NCBI RefSeq assembly: GCF_000008665.1
Contig: NC_000917.1
Coordinates: forward strand, 450,001-482,000
Source: Archaeoglobus fulgidus DSM 4304
Lineage (GTDB): Archaea > Halobacteriota > Archaeoglobi > Archaeoglobales > Archaeoglobaceae
DNA length: 32,000 nucleotides
Direction of reading: 5' to 3'
Under the pieces are notes generated by a model that had not been told where the DNA came from, searched no databases, and was given only the letters and a program-made list of their open reading frames with translations. Below are positions 17,663 through 26,236 of the stretch, one piece after another (position 1 is the first letter of the stretch; each line of letters starts with the position of its first letter). Position numbers and translations under genes: made by a program.

Positions 17663-18255
17663 AAGTTGCAGTGGTGGGCGTTCAGGGAGACGTAGAGGAG
17701 CACGTCCTGGCGACGAAAAGGGCCCTTAAAAGGCTTGGGATTGATGGAGAGGTTGTTGCTACAAGAAGGAGAGGTGTTGTTTCAAGAAGCGATGCCGTTA
17801 TTCTTCCTGGTGGGGAGAGCACGACAATAAGCAAACTCATTTTTTCCGACGGCATTGCTGACGAAATTTTGCAGCTTGCAGAAGAGGGAAAGCCGGTTAT
17901 GGGTACATGTGCTGGTTTGATACTCCTTTCCAAATATGGCGACGAGCAGGTTGAAAAAACGAACACGAAGCTTTTGGGTCTGCTGGACGCGAAGGTTAAG
18001 AGAAACGCCTTCGGAAGGCAGAGGGAAAGCTTTCAGGTGCCTCTGGATGTAAAGTACGTTGGAAAGTTCGATGCCGTATTTATAAGAGCTCCGGCCATAA
18101 CTGAAGTCGGGAAAGACGTGGAGGTGCTTGCAACCTTTGAGAACCTCATCGTTGCAGCAAGGCAAAAAAACGTTTTAGGCCTAGCCTTTCATCCCGAACT
18201 GACGGATGATACGAGAATTCACGAGTTCTTCCTTAAACTTGGAGAAACGAGCTAA
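17659..18255 (+). CDS. pdxT: Pyridoxal 5'-phosphate synthase glutaminase subunit PdxT
   Basis: 198-aa class I glutamine amidotransferase with a GTCAG nucleophile elbow and a C-terminal FHPE motif. An ATGA overlap couples it to pdxS. Confidence 0.95.
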
Positions 18256-19124
18256 TGAATTCAAAGACGCATCTCCTTTTGGCCCTAACAATGCTTATAT
18301 GGGCGGGCTCGTTTATATTCATAAAGATAGGGCTTAAGGAGCTCGATCCCTTTAATCTCGCATTTTACCGATTCCTCTTGGCGTCTCCGCTTTTGATGGC
18401 CTGGGTTTTCTGGAAAAGAGGCCTTGCAAAGCCGAGCGGCTCAGAGTGGCTTCACCTCTCGGTTCTCGCTCTGTCGGGAGTCACTCTGCTCTACGCCTTT
18501 CAGTTTCTCGCTCTGAAGTACACAACGGCAACAAACGCCTCAATACTAATAAACACCTCAGCTGTTTTCGTTGCCCTGTGGGGACTTGTAAAGGGAGAGG
18601 CCAATCCAAGAAAGCTGGCAGGGGTTTTTCTGTCTTTCGCCGGAGTGGTTCTCATCGTTTCTAAAGGCACTCTGGAATTTTTCAGCTCCAAAACCATATT
18701 CGGTGATGTTCTTATGATTGTTGACGGCTTCCTGTGGGCCGTTTACACCGTTCTGGGTTCTAAAATGCTTTTGAAGTACGACCACGAAACCCTCACGGCC
18801 TACGCATTTGCGCTGGGAACCATTTTTCTCATTCCCTTCGCCCTGATGTCGGGTTTTGCAAACCCAGTAACCTTCAATCCAGAAACGGTGGCAGCATTGC
18901 TCTACCTTTCCATTCTATGCTCGGTTTTCGCTTACGTGGTGTGGTACTACGCTTTAACCAATGCCGATTCGACCAGTGTGGCGGTTTACGTTTATCTAGT
19001 GCCACTCTTCACCGCAATATTCGCCTTCTATGCACTCAACGAGAAACCCGATTTCTTCACCGCCATCGGAGGAATAATTACAATTGCCGGCGTCTATCTC
19101 ACCACGGCCAAGCAGCATCAATAG
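18255..19124 (+). CDS. EamA/DMT-superfamily transporter
   Basis: 289-aa, roughly 10-TM protein with a duplicated EamA-type architecture. Its start overlaps the pdxT stop (TAATG). Confidence 0.85.
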   Translation: MNSKTHLLLALTMLIWAGSFIFIKIGLKELDPFNLAFYRFLLASPLLMAWVFWKRGLAKPSGSEWLHLSVLALSGVTLLYAFQFLALKYTTATNASILINTSAVFVALWGLVKGEANPRKLAGVFLSFAGVVLIVSKGTLEFFSSKTIFGDVLMIVDGFLWAVYTVLGSKMLLKYDHETLTAYAFALGTIFLIPFALMSGFANPVTFNPETVAALLYLSILCSVFAYVVWYYALTNADSTSVAVYVYLVPLFTAIFAFYALNEKPDFFTAIGGIITIAGVYLTTAKQHQ

Positions 19125-19134
19125 TTTTATAAAT
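19125..19134 (+). promoter_or_regulatory. TATA-box candidate for rps6e (leaderless)
   Basis: TTTTATAAAT is centred about 27 nt upstream of ATG 19157. Confidence 0.45.
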
Positions 19135-19156
19135 CCTCGACTCAAGCAACTTCTGC

Positions 19157-19546
19157 ATGGAGTTCAGGGTTGTAATTTCGGATCCAAAGACGGGGAGAGC
19201 ATACCAGAAAGTCGTTGAGGGGGCCAACGCCAACAGGCTCATAGGGAAACAGATAGGCGACGTCATCAGCGGCACAATCGTTGACCTCCCACCCGACTAC
19301 GAGCTGAAGATTACCGGCGGAACGGACAGGGACGGATTTCCGATGAGGCCCGACCTGCCAGGAACGGCAAGAAGAAGGCTGCTCCTCAGCGGCGGTGTAG
19401 GGTTCAGGCCAAAGGAGAAGGGGCTTAGGAAGAGAAAGGGAGTCAGGGGCAGAGTTATCTCCAAGGACATTCTCCAGATCAACACCGTAGTCGTCAAGCA
19501 CGGAAAGGTTCCGCTGGAAGAGATATTCAAGCAGAAGGAAGAGTGA
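19157..19546 (+). CDS. rps6e: 30S ribosomal protein S6e
   Basis: 129-aa ORF with MEFRVVISDPKTGRAYQ...ITGGTDRDGFPMRPD, the conserved S6e sequence. Confidence 0.95.
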   Translation: MEFRVVISDPKTGRAYQKVVEGANANRLIGKQIGDVISGTIVDLPPDYELKITGGTDRDGFPMRPDLPGTARRRLLLSGGVGFRPKEKGLRKRKGVRGRVISKDILQINTVVVKHGKVPLEEIFKQKEE

Positions 19547-19557
19547 AGTAGAGTGAA

Positions 19558-20175
19558 ATGGGAATTTTAGAGGACAAAAAGAGGGCAAGGATTTTTTACC
19601 GATACTTTTCTAAAATTTACGATTACATCAACCCAATTTTCTATTCAGACAAGATGCGCAAGACTGTAGTTGACATGGCCGACATTGATGCCGAGTCTCT
19701 TGTCCTCGAAGTTGGATGCGGAACGGGTTTTACGACAGAGGAGATAGTCAGAAGAATTGGAGAAGAGAGGGTTGTGGCGGTCGACATCACACCCGAGCAG
19801 ATGATGAAGGCCAGAGCAAAAATGGGTGGCGTGAACTACTTTCTGGGTGACGCAGAAAACCTCCCCTTCAAGGACAACTCCTTTGACGCTGCCATCTCTG
19901 CAGGGAGCATAGAGTACTGGCCAAATCCGCAGAGGGGGATTGAGGAAATGGCAAGAGTGACCAAAAGCGGGGGGAAGGTAGTAATTCTCGCACCCAGGAA
20001 GCCCGACAATTTTGCAGTCAGAAAATTTGCGGAAAGCATAATGCTCTTTCCCTCCACTCAGCAGTGCGTTTACTGGTTCATGAAAGCTGGTTTAGAGGAC
20101 ATAAGGTTCGTTGAAACAGGCCCCTATCGGTTCTGGAGCAAGCTCGTGGTGATAATAAGCGGCACAGTTCCCTGA
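19558..20175 (+). CDS. Class I SAM-dependent methyltransferase (UbiE/MenG-like, Methyltransf_11 type)
   Basis: It has SAM-binding motif I (LEVGCGTGF), post-I (VAVDITPEQM) and motif II/III (FDAAISAGSIEYWPNP...GGKVVIL). Confidence 0.8.
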   Translation: MGILEDKKRARIFYRYFSKIYDYINPIFYSDKMRKTVVDMADIDAESLVLEVGCGTGFTTEEIVRRIGEERVVAVDITPEQMMKARAKMGGVNYFLGDAENLPFKDNSFDAAISAGSIEYWPNPQRGIEEMARVTKSGGKVVILAPRKPDNFAVRKFAESIMLFPSTQQCVYWFMKAGLEDIRFVETGPYRFWSKLVVIISGTVP

Positions 20176-20212
20176 CCAGAGAAAATTTAAACAGGTTGAA
20201 CGCCCACTTAGC

Positions 20213-20611
20213 ATGGACAAAGTGAGCTACATAGGTCCAGTAATTCTCGACGAGCCTGAAGAATTCTCCCTTTCGGAGTTTGCGAGGCAGGTTGTGGCCA
20301 TGGAGGCTGAAAGGCTGTACTACTCAAACGGCAGAATATTCTTCATAGAGTACGACACGATTCACGGAATTCTCGACGACAGGCTCGTAATTGTTGAGCT
20401 CATCACCTACACCTCATTCACCACCGTGGGTGAATACAGAAACTGGATCGTCTACTACGGGAACGACGACACTGCTGAGTACGTTGAGAAGATAAAGGAC
20501 CTCAGAGGAGACATGACAATTATCCCCGTCCTCCGAACCCACGACAGATTCATAAGAAAGATAGAGGAGCAGATCAGCAAGGGCCAGTTCAGAAGCTTTG
20601 CCTCTCAATGA
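20213..20611 (+). CDS. Hypothetical protein (132 aa), no family recognised
   Basis: It is a clean ORF with ordinary composition. Its 3' end overlaps the convergent hydrolase gene by 23 nt. Confidence 0.5.
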   Translation: MDKVSYIGPVILDEPEEFSLSEFARQVVAMEAERLYYSNGRIFFIEYDTIHGILDDRLVIVELITYTSFTTVGEYRNWIVYYGNDDTAEYVEKIKDLRGDMTIIPVLRTHDRFIRKIEEQISKGQFRSFASQ

Positions 20612-21152
20612 AGTCCGCCGTAATTTTCGCGATGAAGTCAAACTTTCCGAAGTAAAAGTGGTCCGTTTCAACCTTTACAACTTCCTTCGGCTTTGAAGCT
20701 TGCTCGTAAAGCTTCACAGACTCCTCGAGAGACACGAACTGATCACGCGTCGCTATTATGAAAAGCTTCGGAATTTCGGCATCTTTAAAGTATATGGAGT
20801 TTATTTCAGGAAGCGGTGAGATGTAAACCGCGGCATCGCAGTACTCGGCAACGTTCGACGCTACCACGCTTCCAAATGAGTATCTTATAACCGCAATCTT
20901 GTCGTGTCTGTCTTTAAGGTAGGCAACGCACTTCTTTGCATCTTCCACCTCACCTATACCGCTCCTGAATGGCCGCTGGTAGTCGAACCTCAGGACGGAG
21001 ACGTTTCGCTTGGTAAGCTCGGCAGCTATTCTCTCGAGCCTAACGTCAAACCTGCTCCCGCCCATAAGCGGGTGGGGAGGGCAAAGGAGCGCTGCGCTCT
21101 CACCCCTGATGTTGTAAGTCGCCCGAATGCCATCAACAACTATGTCAGCCAT
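20589..21152 (-). CDS. Small alpha/beta-fold hydrolase
   Basis: 187-aa ORF with PHPLMGG near the N-terminus, the nucleophile-elbow-like RYSFGS, and a late Asp/His (ATRDQ..., ETDHFY). Confidence 0.7.
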   Translation of the reverse strand: MADIVVDGIRATYNIRGESAALLCPPHPLMGGSRFDVRLERIAAELTKRNVSVLRFDYQRPFRSGIGEVEDAKKCVAYLKDRHDKIAVIRYSFGSVVASNVAEYCDAAVYISPLPEINSIYFKDAEIPKLFIIATRDQFVSLEESVKLYEQASKPKEVVKVETDHFYFGKFDFIAKITADFIERQSF

Positions 21153-22032
21153 TATCCCTCCTCCTTATCTCCTCCACAGCCTCACGAGCAGAATCGGCAA
21201 CTCTCCCTCCTTCGGAAATTAGGTTTTCAAGCTCCTTCACATCCTCCTCACCGCCAAGCATTCCGAGCATCATTGCAGCATCCTCTCTTATCCTAGCATC
21301 TTCGTGTGTGAGAAGCTTCCTCACGGCCTTTTTAACCCCCTCAACGACCTCCTTCTCGCCCTCAAGAGCCTCTGCAGTCGCCATCGCCCCCAGCCTCACG
21401 ATGAACTCCTCGTGTCCCATCAGCTCTCCAAGGAGCTCTCCAAGCTTTTCTTCGACGACGATGGCCTTGACGTCCTCAATTTCACCGCTCGCGAGTTTTT
21501 CAATAATGTAGTCCCTGTAGTCCCTATTCATCGCATCCCTAATCCACTTTTCAGCCTTGCTGGGAGTAAGCGCACCTACGAACCTCATCTTTCCGATGAA
21601 CGTCGTGGGAACACTCATCACTCCGTGTCTCTCTGCGAAGTCGTGAAACATTGTGGCATCAACCACGTGGTGCTCGATTGCATACTTTCGGGCGAGGGTG
21701 TTGATAGAATCGACCGTTGCCCTGCAGTTTGGACACACAGGAGCGACGAAGGTTATAATCCTGATTCCAGAGCCTCCTTTCACACCCTCGGCAACGATTT
21801 TAATTGCCTTTATGAAGCTTTCAAGCTCGTTCTGCTTCGGGATGGCGTGAAAGTAAATCTCGGAGTTATCTATCTTTACTCCGGGAAGAGACAGCCTGGG
21901 CTCGGGATTGGGGTTGAACTCGAGGGTGATTTTTTCCTCATCCTCGAAAAGCTTTTTAAGGTAATCGTAAATCTCCCTGCTGTTGAAAACTCTGAGCCTG
22001 ATACTTCTCTTCAGCTCGTCCAGTCGCATCAA
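21145..22032 (-). CDS. Thioredoxin-fold (PDO/AhpF-N-terminal-like, CPNC) domain fused to C-terminal HEAT-like repeats
   Basis: It has a CPNC redox motif with a downstream cis-Pro motif (MSVPTTFI). The C-terminal ~110 aa are acidic helical repeats (HEDARIREDAAMMLGMLGGEEDV...). Confidence 0.65.
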   Translation of the reverse strand: MMRLDELKRSIRLRVFNSREIYDYLKKLFEDEEKITLEFNPNPEPRLSLPGVKIDNSEIYFHAIPKQNELESFIKAIKIVAEGVKGGSGIRIITFVAPVCPNCRATVDSINTLARKYAIEHHVVDATMFHDFAERHGVMSVPTTFIGKMRFVGALTPSKAEKWIRDAMNRDYRDYIIEKLASGEIEDVKAIVVEEKLGELLGELMGHEEFIVRLGAMATAEALEGEKEVVEGVKKAVRKLLTHEDARIREDAAMMLGMLGGEEDVKELENLISEGGRVADSAREAVEEIRRRDNG

Positions 22033-22050
22033 GCGCAGTGCAGCAACAAG

Positions 22051-22058
22051 TTTTAAAG
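22051..22058 (+). promoter_or_regulatory. TATA-box candidate for mcm (leaderless, serving ATG 22081)
   Basis: TTTTAAAG is centred about 26 nt upstream of ATG 22081. No comparable box precedes ATG 22416. Confidence 0.45.
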
Positions 22059-22080
22059 CATTTTTTGATATCTCTCTATA

Positions 22081-22380
22081 ATGGGTATAAGCAGTCCGGC
22101 ACTTTGGACGGAGTTCTTTGAAAGGTACTATCGAGAGGAGATTAACAAACTCGCCTACAAGCTGAAATCGGGCGGGGACGGTAGGTCACTCTATGTGAAC
22201 TTTGTTAGAGACCTCTCCATTTTTCAGGAGGGCAAGCTCGGAGAAGAGTTGATTGAAAAGCCCGATGAGGTGCTCGTTCACGCTGAAAGGGGTCTGGCGA
22301 ACGCCACCAACATTTACGGCGTTTCTCTGGAGGGCTGCAAGCCCGATTCTACTCACTCCCAACAGCAAGGAAGGTTCTGA
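22081..22380 (+). pseudogene. mcm: MCM helicase N-terminal segment (99 codons), out of frame with the main ORF
   Basis: [28 protein letters not shown]...LYVNFVRDL...[12 protein letters not shown] resembles the MCM N-terminal subdomain A. After KP the frame decays into [11 protein letters not shown] and a stop. Confidence 0.7.
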
Positions 22381-22415
22381 TAAGGAACCTCAGGGCGGAG
22401 CATATCGGAAAATTC

Positions 22416-24176
22416 ATGGCGATAGAGGGGATTGTCAGGAAGGTTACTGAAGTCAGGCCGAGAATTGTTGAAGCCGCCTTTGCCTGCCTGAACTGCGGAA
22501 GCATAACCATGGTTCCTCAGGAGGACAGCCAGCTCAGACAGCCCTTTGAGTGCAGCAAGTGCAGCACGAAGAAGATGATTTTTCTCCCGGACAGCAGCAT
22601 CTCCGTTGACAGTCAAAGGGTGAAGATTCAGGAGTACCCCGAAAATCTCAGGGGTGGGGAGCAGCCGCAGACGATAGACGTCATACTTGAAGGTGATTTG
22701 GCAGGCTCCGTGAATCCGGGGGACAGGGTGATAATAAACGGGATCGTGAGGGCGAAGCCGAGAGGGCTTGGGCAGAGGAAAATGACGCATATGGACCTTT
22801 ACATCGAAGGGAACTCCGTTGAGGTTCTCCAGCAGGAGTACGAGGAGTTCGAGATTACCGAGAAGGACAGGGAACTGATAATGCAGCTTGCCGCAAGCGA
22901 CGACATCTACGAGAAGATAGTAAAGTCGATAGCCCCCTCAATATACGGTCATGAGGACGTGAAGCTTGCCATTGCCCTTCAGCTTTTCGGCGGCGTGCCC
23001 AAGAAGCTGCCCGACGGCACTGAAATAAGGGGGGACATTCACATCCTTCTTGTGGGCGATCCGGGCGTTGCCAAATCGCAGCTTTTGAAGTACGTCCACA
23101 GAATAGCTCCGCGGAGCGTTTACACAACCGGAAAGGGGACAACAACTGCAGGCCTCACTGCCACCGCAGTCAGAGATGAGGTGGATGGCAGGTGGACTCT
23201 TGAAGCCGGAGCCCTCGTTCTTGCGGATAAGGGCATTGCGTTGGTTGATGAGATTGACAAAATGCGTAAGGAAGACACCTCGGCATTGCACGAAGCACTT
23301 GAGCAGCAAACCATCAGCGTTGCCAAAGCGGGAATAAACGCCATCTTAAAGGCCAGATGCGCGTTGCTCGGTGCGGCAAATCCGAAGTACGGCAGATTCG
23401 AGAAATTCACTCCCGTTCCTGAGCAAATTGAGATGTCCCCCACCCTCCTTTCAAGGTTCGACCTGATTTTCGTTCTGAAGGACGAGCCGGATGAGGAGAA
23501 GGACAAGAGGCTCGTTGAACACATTCTCTACTCTCACCAGCTTGGAGAGATGACGGAAAAGGCCAAGAACGTTGCCGCAGAGTACGACGAGGAGTTCATA
23601 AGGCAGAGGTCGGAGAGGATAGTTCCGGAAATTGACCCCGACCTCCTAAGGAAGTACATAGCATATGCAAGAAAAACCGTCTATCCCGTTTTGACAGATG
23701 AGGCTAAGGAAAAAATCAAGGAGTTCTACTTGTCACTCAGGTCGAGAGTTAAGGAGAACTCCCCCGTTCCCATAACCGCAAGACAGCTTGAAAGCATCGT
23801 CAGGCTTGCAGAAGCCTCTGCGAGAGTCAGGCTCAGCGACAGGGTGGAGCCGGAGGACGTGGACAGGGTTATCGAAATCATGATGAGGAGTCTCAGGGAG
23901 ATTGCGGTTGACCCCGAAACGGGGGAGATGGACATAGACCTGGCCTACTCGGGCACCTCGAAAACGCAGAGGGACAGAATCATGATACTGAAGAAAATCA
24001 TCGAGCAGCTTGAGGAGGAGCACGAAAGGGGTGTTCCGGAGGAGCTAATTCTGGAGGAGGCAGAGAAGGAGGGAATCGATAGGACGAAGGCCAAAGAGAT
24101 TCTTTCCAAGCTCAAACTGCACGGAGAGGTTTACACTCCAAAACACGGGCATTACAAATTGGTAAGCAAACTTTAG
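22416..24176 (+). CDS. mcm: MCM replicative helicase (Zn-finger/OB region, AAA+ core and C-terminal wHTH)
   Basis: It has a Zn motif (CLNCG...CSKC), Walker A GDPGVAKS, Walker B ALVDEIDKM and arginine finger SRFDL. The frame is open upstream of the ATG back to 22287 and encodes MCM-like [24 protein letters not shown]. Confidence 0.95.
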   Translation: MAIEGIVRKVTEVRPRIVEAAFACLNCGSITMVPQEDSQLRQPFECSKCSTKKMIFLPDSSISVDSQRVKIQEYPENLRGGEQPQTIDVILEGDLAGSVNPGDRVIINGIVRAKPRGLGQRKMTHMDLYIEGNSVEVLQQEYEEFEITEKDRELIMQLAASDDIYEKIVKSIAPSIYGHEDVKLAIALQLFGGVPKKLPDGTEIRGDIHILLVGDPGVAKSQLLKYVHRIAPRSVYTTGKGTTTAGLTATAVRDEVDGRWTLEAGALVLADKGIALVDEIDKMRKEDTSALHEALEQQTISVAKAGINAILKARCALLGAANPKYGRFEKFTPVPEQIEMSPTLLSRFDLIFVLKDEPDEEKDKRLVEHILYSHQLGEMTEKAKNVAAEYDEEFIRQRSERIVPEIDPDLLRKYIAYARKTVYPVLTDEAKEKIKEFYLSLRSRVKENSPVPITARQLESIVRLAEASARVRLSDRVEPEDVDRVIEIMMRSLREIAVDPETGEMDIDLAYSGTSKTQRDRIMILKKIIEQLEEEHERGVPEELILEEAEKEGIDRTKAKEILSKLKLHGEVYTPKHGHYKLVSKL

Positions 24177-24187
24177 TAAGAATAAAG

Positions 24188-24198
24188 GTTAAATATTA
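24188..24198 (+). promoter_or_regulatory. TATA-box candidate for the KaiC-like/cgi121/aroK unit
   Basis: GTTAAATATTA is centred about 26 nt upstream of ATG 24219. Confidence 0.4.
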
Positions 24199-24218
24199 AG
24201 CGGACAAATCCTTAAACG

Positions 24219-24929
24219 ATGAAACTCGTGAAGACAGGGATACTTCCACTCGACACGCAGCTAGGCGGGGGAATGCCAGCAGGTAGCGTCGTTTCCGTCT
24301 TCGAGGAGCCCGGTGCCGGGGCGGATGTGCTGTCCTACCACTTCACGGTTGAGGGAGCCACGCATGGCGAGAACGTATTTTACCTTGCTACAGATGACAG
24401 CAGCGAGGAGATCAGGGAGTACATCAACCTCTACTTCGACCTTGACGAGGCGGTCTGGGAGAACATTACCCTGCTGAGCCTGAGAGCGTCCATGCAGCAG
24501 GAGGAGGGGGAGAAGGATGCCAAGGACTTTCTCAGAAAAACCATTTACGATCCAATCGGAGGAATTAAAACAATACTCAGCCACGAAGAGTTCGAGAGGG
24601 TTGTTATCAACAACTTTACGTACTTCCTCGCCAACTATCCCATCGAAGATGTCATAGCCCTCATTGACGTTCTCTCAAATTATGCCAAAAGGAACCAGTC
24701 TGTTGTGATGCTCCTCGTTACGAAGGGCATGTTTGATCCGAGAACTGAAACAACTGTAAAGCACTACTCGGACGGAGTTATCGAGCTTACGCTGAAAGAG
24801 GTTGAAAACGAGGTCCAGAGGAGGCTGAAGGTCGTAAAGTTCAAGGGAATACTTGTTCCAAAGGCTATCCTGAGGTATGAATTGACGGACAAGGGCATAA
24901 AGATGGAGTCGGTAATGAGGGTTCTATGA
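24219..24929 (+). CDS. KaiC/RecA-superfamily-like protein with degenerate Walker A and B motifs
   Basis: The N-terminus TGILPLDTQLGGGMPAGSVVSVFEEPGAGADV aligns to the KaiC-like tGi.gLD..LgGGlp.Gs..lv.G.pGtGKT. The P-loop Lys-Thr is replaced by Ala-Asp, and the Walker B position reads VVINNF. Confidence 0.7.
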   Translation: MKLVKTGILPLDTQLGGGMPAGSVVSVFEEPGAGADVLSYHFTVEGATHGENVFYLATDDSSEEIREYINLYFDLDEAVWENITLLSLRASMQQEEGEKDAKDFLRKTIYDPIGGIKTILSHEEFERVVINNFTYFLANYPIEDVIALIDVLSNYAKRNQSVVMLLVTKGMFDPRTETTVKHYSDGVIELTLKEVENEVQRRLKVVKFKGILVPKAILRYELTDKGIKMESVMRVL

Positions 24930-25375
24930 GAGTTGCATTCGGGGAAATTTACGTCGAAGACCCATCAGCTTTTAGGGCAGACTACGCTGCGTTTATCGAC
25001 TCAAAGTACGTAGTTTCGCTTGAGGTCGTCGAGTTTGCCGCGAACAAGGCGTTAAAGAACTGGCAGAAAGGTAGACGAATTTCAAGATCCCTTCCAATAG
25101 AGATACTGCTCCACTATGCTGCAACGAGACAGATAAAGGACGCTCTGAAGCTTGGAGTTAAAAAGGGACTCAACAGGGTTGCTGCGGTAATCCTCGACGA
25201 GAGCAAGATGGAGGGTTTCAAGGAGATAGAATTCAGGCCCGAATATGATGCAGAGGCGGTTGTGAAGCACTACGGGATAACCGATGAGGAGCTTGAAATT
25301 GCGGGGCTGGAGAAGCTTCCCTTGCTGGTTAGGGAAAGAATAGCTCTTTTCGCTGCTTTCGAAGAAGTGGTGTGA
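24926..25375 (+). CDS. cgi121: KEOPS complex subunit Cgi121
   Basis: 149-aa ORF. SLPIEILLHYAATRQIKDALKLGVKKG and the C-terminal RERIALFAAFEE match the conserved core of archaeal Cgi121, compared from memory with the M. jannaschii protein. Confidence 0.75.
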   Translation: MRVAFGEIYVEDPSAFRADYAAFIDSKYVVSLEVVEFAANKALKNWQKGRRISRSLPIEILLHYAATRQIKDALKLGVKKGLNRVAAVILDESKMEGFKEIEFRPEYDAEAVVKHYGITDEELEIAGLEKLPLLVRERIALFAAFEEVV

Positions 25376-26214
25376 TGAGAGCAAAAGCCTACGCTGCAGG
25401 AACTGTTTTAAACGCACTGCCAACGGGGATAGGCTCGGCATTCGGCATAGAAATGCACACAATCGTAAAGCTAAGGCCTTCCGACGAGCTCAAAGTTTTT
25501 GTTAACGGAGTAGAGAGAAGGAGCATTGTCGCTGAGAGAATTCTCAACTCGATGGATGTCACGGCAGAAGTTATCGTGGAGTCCGAGATTCCGGGTGGTA
25601 GCGGATTGGGGAGCAGCAGCGCCTTCGTGAACGCACTCATATGTGCGGTCAAAAAAATGAAGGGTGAAGAGCTCAACGCCTTTGAGATTCTCAGGTCGAA
25701 CGCGAGGTTTTCTCTCGAAGCAGGAATTAGCTACACGGGAGCGTTTGACGACGCCTCCGCTTCTATGCTCGGCGGATTTGTAGTTTCAGACAACAGGAAA
25801 ATGAGGCTGATTAGAACCGACGAATTTGAAGGTTACTCGGCTGTGCTAATACCCAAATTCAGCAGAGGCAAAGTGGACTGGAGGAGGTTGAGGGAGAGGG
25901 CGAGCGAGGTTGAAGGGGCGGTAGAGGCGGCTATGAGGGGTGAGTACTGCAAAGCTATGAAGCTTAACACGGAGTACATCTGCAAAATGTTGGGCTATCC
26001 TTTGGAAATCGCCGAGAAAGGGTGGGAAAAGGGAATTTGCTGCGGTATTTCCGGCAACGGTCCAAGTTACGTGGCTTTTGGAAGCAAAAATGAGATGGAG
26101 GCTCTTGCCGAAACGTGGGGTGAATACGGTAGAGTTTACGTGAGAAGGGTAGCGGACGAGCCAGCTGAGGACGTTGTAATCCCGACGCCATTTTTTCGAA
26201 AGCTTGATGGGTAA
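25372..26214 (+). CDS. aroK: Archaeal-type shikimate kinase (GHMP kinase family)
   Basis: 280-aa ORF carrying AYAAGTVLNALPTGIGSAFGI, GHMP motif II PGGSGLGSSSAF, GAFDDASASMLGG and GNGPSY. It is collinear with the M. jannaschii GHMP-type shikimate kinase. Confidence 0.9.
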   Translation: MMRAKAYAAGTVLNALPTGIGSAFGIEMHTIVKLRPSDELKVFVNGVERRSIVAERILNSMDVTAEVIVESEIPGGSGLGSSSAFVNALICAVKKMKGEELNAFEILRSNARFSLEAGISYTGAFDDASASMLGGFVVSDNRKMRLIRTDEFEGYSAVLIPKFSRGKVDWRRLRERASEVEGAVEAAMRGEYCKAMKLNTEYICKMLGYPLEIAEKGWEKGICCGISGNGPSYVAFGSKNEMEALAETWGEYGRVYVRRVADEPAEDVVIPTPFFRKLDG

Positions 26215-26236
26215 GTTCAGCGTACCAACACTTTTC

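Noticed and set aside
21304-22056. 250-aa plus-strand ORF opposite the thioredoxin/HEAT gene
   Set aside because: The minus-strand frame has the CPNC thioredoxin motif, a cis-Pro motif and helical repeats. The plus-strand translation has no motifs and would run into the mcm promoter.
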